A stretch of DNA of 64,000 nucleotides, taken from a bacterium (GTDB taxonomy: Bacteria > Myxococcota_A > Bradymonadia > Bradymonadales > Bradymonadaceae). This document shows, piece after piece, positions 63,700 to 64,000 of the stretch (position 1 is its first letter; each line of letters opens with the position of its first letter). Both the position numbers and the translations under genes were made by a program. The notes under the pieces were generated by a model. It searched no databases. It was not told the DNA's origin and saw only the letters and a program-made list of their open reading frames with translations. The DNA lies in contig JAUIBR010000002.1 of the NCBI GenBank assembly GCA_030427705.1, forward strand, positions 28,631-92,630, in the 5' to 3' direction.

Positions 63700-64000
63700 A
63701 TGAAACCAACACCATTCTATGTTCTAGATGACCCATATTGTTTCTGGCACCCAGACCCTTTGGGGCTGACGCGTAAGTTCCTTCGAACCTTCGACACCGA
63801 TTACTGGACCTTCATAGTCGAGACCTTGAACGACGTTGAGGAGGAGAAGGTAAGTCCAGCGTCTATTCTACTACGAACAAACTTTCATCACGGATTAGAG
63901 ACATTGTTCACTTTGATCGCGGCGATCGTTCAAGCACCAGATGCGTGTGTTGCGTACGTGCCTTTGTGTAAGACCACGCAGCTTCGGAAGATCGTTCAAC
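63700..64000 (+). CDS. hypothetical protein, 5' part (continues beyond window end)
   Basis: ATG at 63700 is preceded by GGAGAAGGA. The frame stays open for 100 codons to the window end (MKPTPFYVLDDPYCFWHPDPLGLTRKF...). Low-GC region. Confidence 0.35.
   Translation, partial: MKPTPFYVLDDPYCFWHPDPLGLTRKFLRTFDTDYWTFIVETLNDVEEEKVSPASILLRTNFHHGLETLFTLIAAIVQAPDACVAYVPLCKTTQLRKIVQ

Overview
This is a high-GC (roughly 60%) bacterial chromosomal segment. An origin in a Myxococcota/Bradymonadia-like deltaproteobacterium is inferred, not proven, from several signs: two lipoproteins built from the Myxococcus-type cysteine-rich repeat (CGNGxxDxGExCD...DGCCPxGC), many lipoproteins with Asn-rich linkers, a giant Ser/Thr kinase fused to a STAND-type NTPase and TPR domains, sigma-54 activators, and a DUF1501 plus DUF1549/DUF1553 gene pair.

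The window has three zones:

- Core zone (1 to 22 kb and 37.5 to 57 kb). It carries recognisable genes: pirin with a divergent LysR regulator, a split mnmC-like pair, an SLC12/APC-type transporter, an FKBP isomerase, a hybrid PAS histidine kinase, an esterase, a GST-like protein, the imuA-imuB-dnaE2 mutagenesis cassette, cbiX and precorrin-2 dehydrogenase (siroheme synthesis), xthA, map, the kinase, a fasciclin lipoprotein and a PpnN/LOG-like protein.
- Accessory-looking zone (22.3 to 37.5 kb). Almost every intergenic space is filled with one family of composite low-complexity elements. These are tandem arrays of 20 to 22 nt hairpin units arranged as left arm, loop and reverse-complement right arm, plus TTCCGAT heptamer arrays, GAGCCCCTAGCC-like arrays and GAACCAA arrays. 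They flank a same-strand row of four unannotatable genes with Cys-motif C-termini. Next to that row sit an orphan sigma-54 activator with a non-receiver N-terminus, a single-domain response regulator and a membrane histidine kinase.
- 3' end zone (about 57 to 64 kb). GC appears lower. It holds two polymerase-beta-fold nucleotidyltransferase-like genes. One is preceded by two perfect 11-5-11 palindromic operators that abut its ATG. The other is translationally coupled, through a GTG start 1 nt after the upstream stop, to a 347-aa protein containing an HTH, resembling an AbiEi/AbiEii type IV toxin-antitoxin or abortive-infection module.

I also noticed a candidate small RNA (or the transporter's 5' leader) with tandem intrinsic terminators at 17.1 to 17.39 kb, a possible frameshift in a beta-propeller lipoprotein gene at about 55.1 kb, and an edge gene (1..1026, minus strand) that the complete-ORF track misses. 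No rRNA, tRNA, CRISPR array or transposase was recognised.
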